Assembly (NCBI GenBank): GCA_010093995.1
Contig: ML992502.1
Span: forward strand, 2,721,462-2,754,798
DNA: 33,337 nucleotides
Reading direction: 5' to 3'
Origin: Elsinoe ampelina
Lineage: Eukaryota
Part shown: positions 31,913-33,337 of the stretch, in pieces
How positions within the stretch are numbered: position 1 is the first letter of the stretch
Layout of the letters: each line of letters starts with the position of its first letter
Program-made: the position numbers and the translations under genes
Notes under the pieces: generated by a model
Databases searched by the model: none
Told to the model about the DNA's origin: nothing
The model's input: the letters and a program-made list of their open reading frames with translations, nothing else

Positions 31913-32671
31913 CTACCAAGGCAATTCTTGACCATTGTACTGCAAGAACTTGCCGCCATGTACATCCCGTGTTGCCACATCTATGATCTTCAGCATACTC
32001 TCAGTACTATCGTCCACCGTAGAACCACCAATCTTCTCAAGATCGGCTCCCCCAACAAAGGACTTGGCCATGTCTGTGATTACAAGACCAGGATTGAAAA
32101 CAAAAGCTGTAAGCCAGTCCTCTTCCAAGCATACCCGCTGCACTATCCAGTTAAGGGCGGCTTTGCTCGCACCGTAGGGACTGGTGACGTTCCCATACTC
32201 CATCATTTCCTTCATTAAGCAAAGACCGCCGACCAATGAGCTGATCCCGACGAACTTCGGAGCCACGCTCTCTTTCAGCAGCGGAGCAAATGCTTGCAGG
32301 AGGGCCAAGGGTGCCAAAGTGTTCACTTCAAAGTGCTCTCTCAATGAGTCTGGATCCGTGTTCAGAATGGAAGTGTTATTGTGGTAGATGCCGGCATTTG
32401 CAATCACTACGTCAACCTTGTCGATGCCATGCTTCTGTCGTAGCTCGCCAGCAGCTTCGAAAGCGTCTGTATGGACGGTCGAGTCGAGTTTGACGACAAT
32501 GAGCCGAGATCCCCCGCTAGTTGGCAGTCCTTCCAACGCAATGATCGCCTTGCTAGGATCGCGAACAGCAGAGATCACAGTGCTACCCGGGCGAAGGAGG
32601 AGGTGACCAACGAAACCCTGTCCGATGCCCCTATTCGCACCAGTAATGAGGTACGTGGTTGCCGAGCTCAT
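31913..32671 (-). CDS. Short-chain dehydrogenase/ketoreductase (Nor-1/C-factor-like SDR), 252 aa
   Basis: TYLITGANRGIG, VIANAGI, YGASKAALN, NPGLVITDM and a C-terminal ELPW. Confidence 0.92.
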   Translation of the reverse strand: MSSATTYLITGANRGIGQGFVGHLLLRPGSTVISAVRDPSKAIIALEGLPTSGGSRLIVVKLDSTVHTDAFEAAGELRQKHGIDKVDVVIANAGIYHNNTSILNTDPDSLREHFEVNTLAPLALLQAFAPLLKESVAPKFVGISSLVGGLCLMKEMMEYGNVTSPYGASKAALNWIVQRVCLEEDWLTAFVFNPGLVITDMAKSFVGGADLEKIGGSTVDDSTESMLKIIDVATRDVHGGKFLQYNGQELPW

Positions 32672-33189
32672 GATGTTTGTAGATGATCTTGTGCTGTCGA
32701 TCTTTGTGTGATCTCAGTCGACTACTAGGCAATCGGACGAGAGGACAAAAGACGAGAAGAATAGTGGTAGGTAAATGCAAAGAAATCATTGTTCATGAAG
32801 ACGAACCAGGGGTAAAATATTCGATCCACCATGCTAGTGGGTGGCCTCAGATTACGTGAGACATTCTGCAGCGCGAGGAGTGTTAGTGTTGGAGCGATAA
32901 TACTTCGGGCCTTTCGACCATCTTTTGTGAGGCAAATAACGATAATCCTGGTTGACTACCAATGCGATGGCATGGTGTTGAAGGAATGGGAAAGAGCGAG
33001 AGAGATAAAACGGGAGAACAGACCCATGTGGGGCTTGTCACTGTTGTAACTAGCAAATCGGATCGAGAGACGTGTGTTTCATTCAGAGAGTTACAATAAC
33101 CGATTTATCTACTGTGCGTGCGCTGACTTATTAGTACCAGTTCTTCAGTACCAGAGAAGCTATACCAGCCTTCTATTATAACACTCCCC

Positions 33190-33337
33190 CTCTAGTATAG
33201 ATTGCTAAAGCTAGAGAACTGTCCTGTCACATGTAAGTAAAGTAATTAGCTTATTACTTTATCTCTTTATAATTGCTTGTAATTGTTAGTGTTAGCTAAT
33301 TATTAGTAAGAATTTACTATTAGTTTAGCTTATAATT
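33190..33337. mobile_element. Start of a second RIP-degenerated AT-rich repeat block
   Basis: Switch to TpA-rich, AT-rich sequence (tagtaag, ttagcta, ttataatt) like 1-2765. The boundary is approximate and the block runs off the window. Confidence 0.7.

Noticed and set aside
30622..31986. 364-aa minus ORF and 342-aa plus ORF as real genes
   Set aside because: The first is the frameshifted SDR pseudogene running on antisense into MRP20; the second is its antisense shadow.
33225..33240. TGTCAC/TGTAAG as the exact start of an LTR
   Set aside because: Plausible, but it cannot be verified without the other terminus and a target-site duplication.

Overview
Eukaryotic DNA from a filamentous ascomycete. 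A Dothideomycete-like origin is inferred from the RIP signature, compact genes and 45-66 nt GT-AG introns with CTRAY branch sites. A gene island of about 30 kb sits between two AT-rich, RIP-mutated repeat blocks. The left block (1-~2765) still holds a readable Ty3/gypsy-type gag with a CCHC zinc knuckle on the minus strand; the right block starts at ~33190. The left half of the island looks accessory. It holds a membrane-anchored histidine acid phosphatase, a DddK/DddW-like (DMSP-lyase-type) cupin, two possible tubby-C/LURP-like proteins, a fungal gasdermin (RCD-1/HET-Q1 family) with no protease gene beside it, an MBOAT-2 acyltransferase, a small secreted Kex2-type precursor, a divergent NAD(P)-binding/hemerythrin pair, a heme-thiolate peroxygenase and a Pro-1 tautomerase. 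The right half is mostly conserved genes: RPA2, PEX12, an SDR, a coiled-coil protein, a HET-C-domain protein with a prion-like tail, mitochondrial uL23, and an SDR with a decayed tandem copy. Non-coding oddities include a 142-nt tRNA-Gly-framed structured element with a T-run terminator and a three-copy bipartite repeat just downstream of the gasdermin. All family calls are by eye from motifs; no searches were run. Exon coordinates were worked out by hand.
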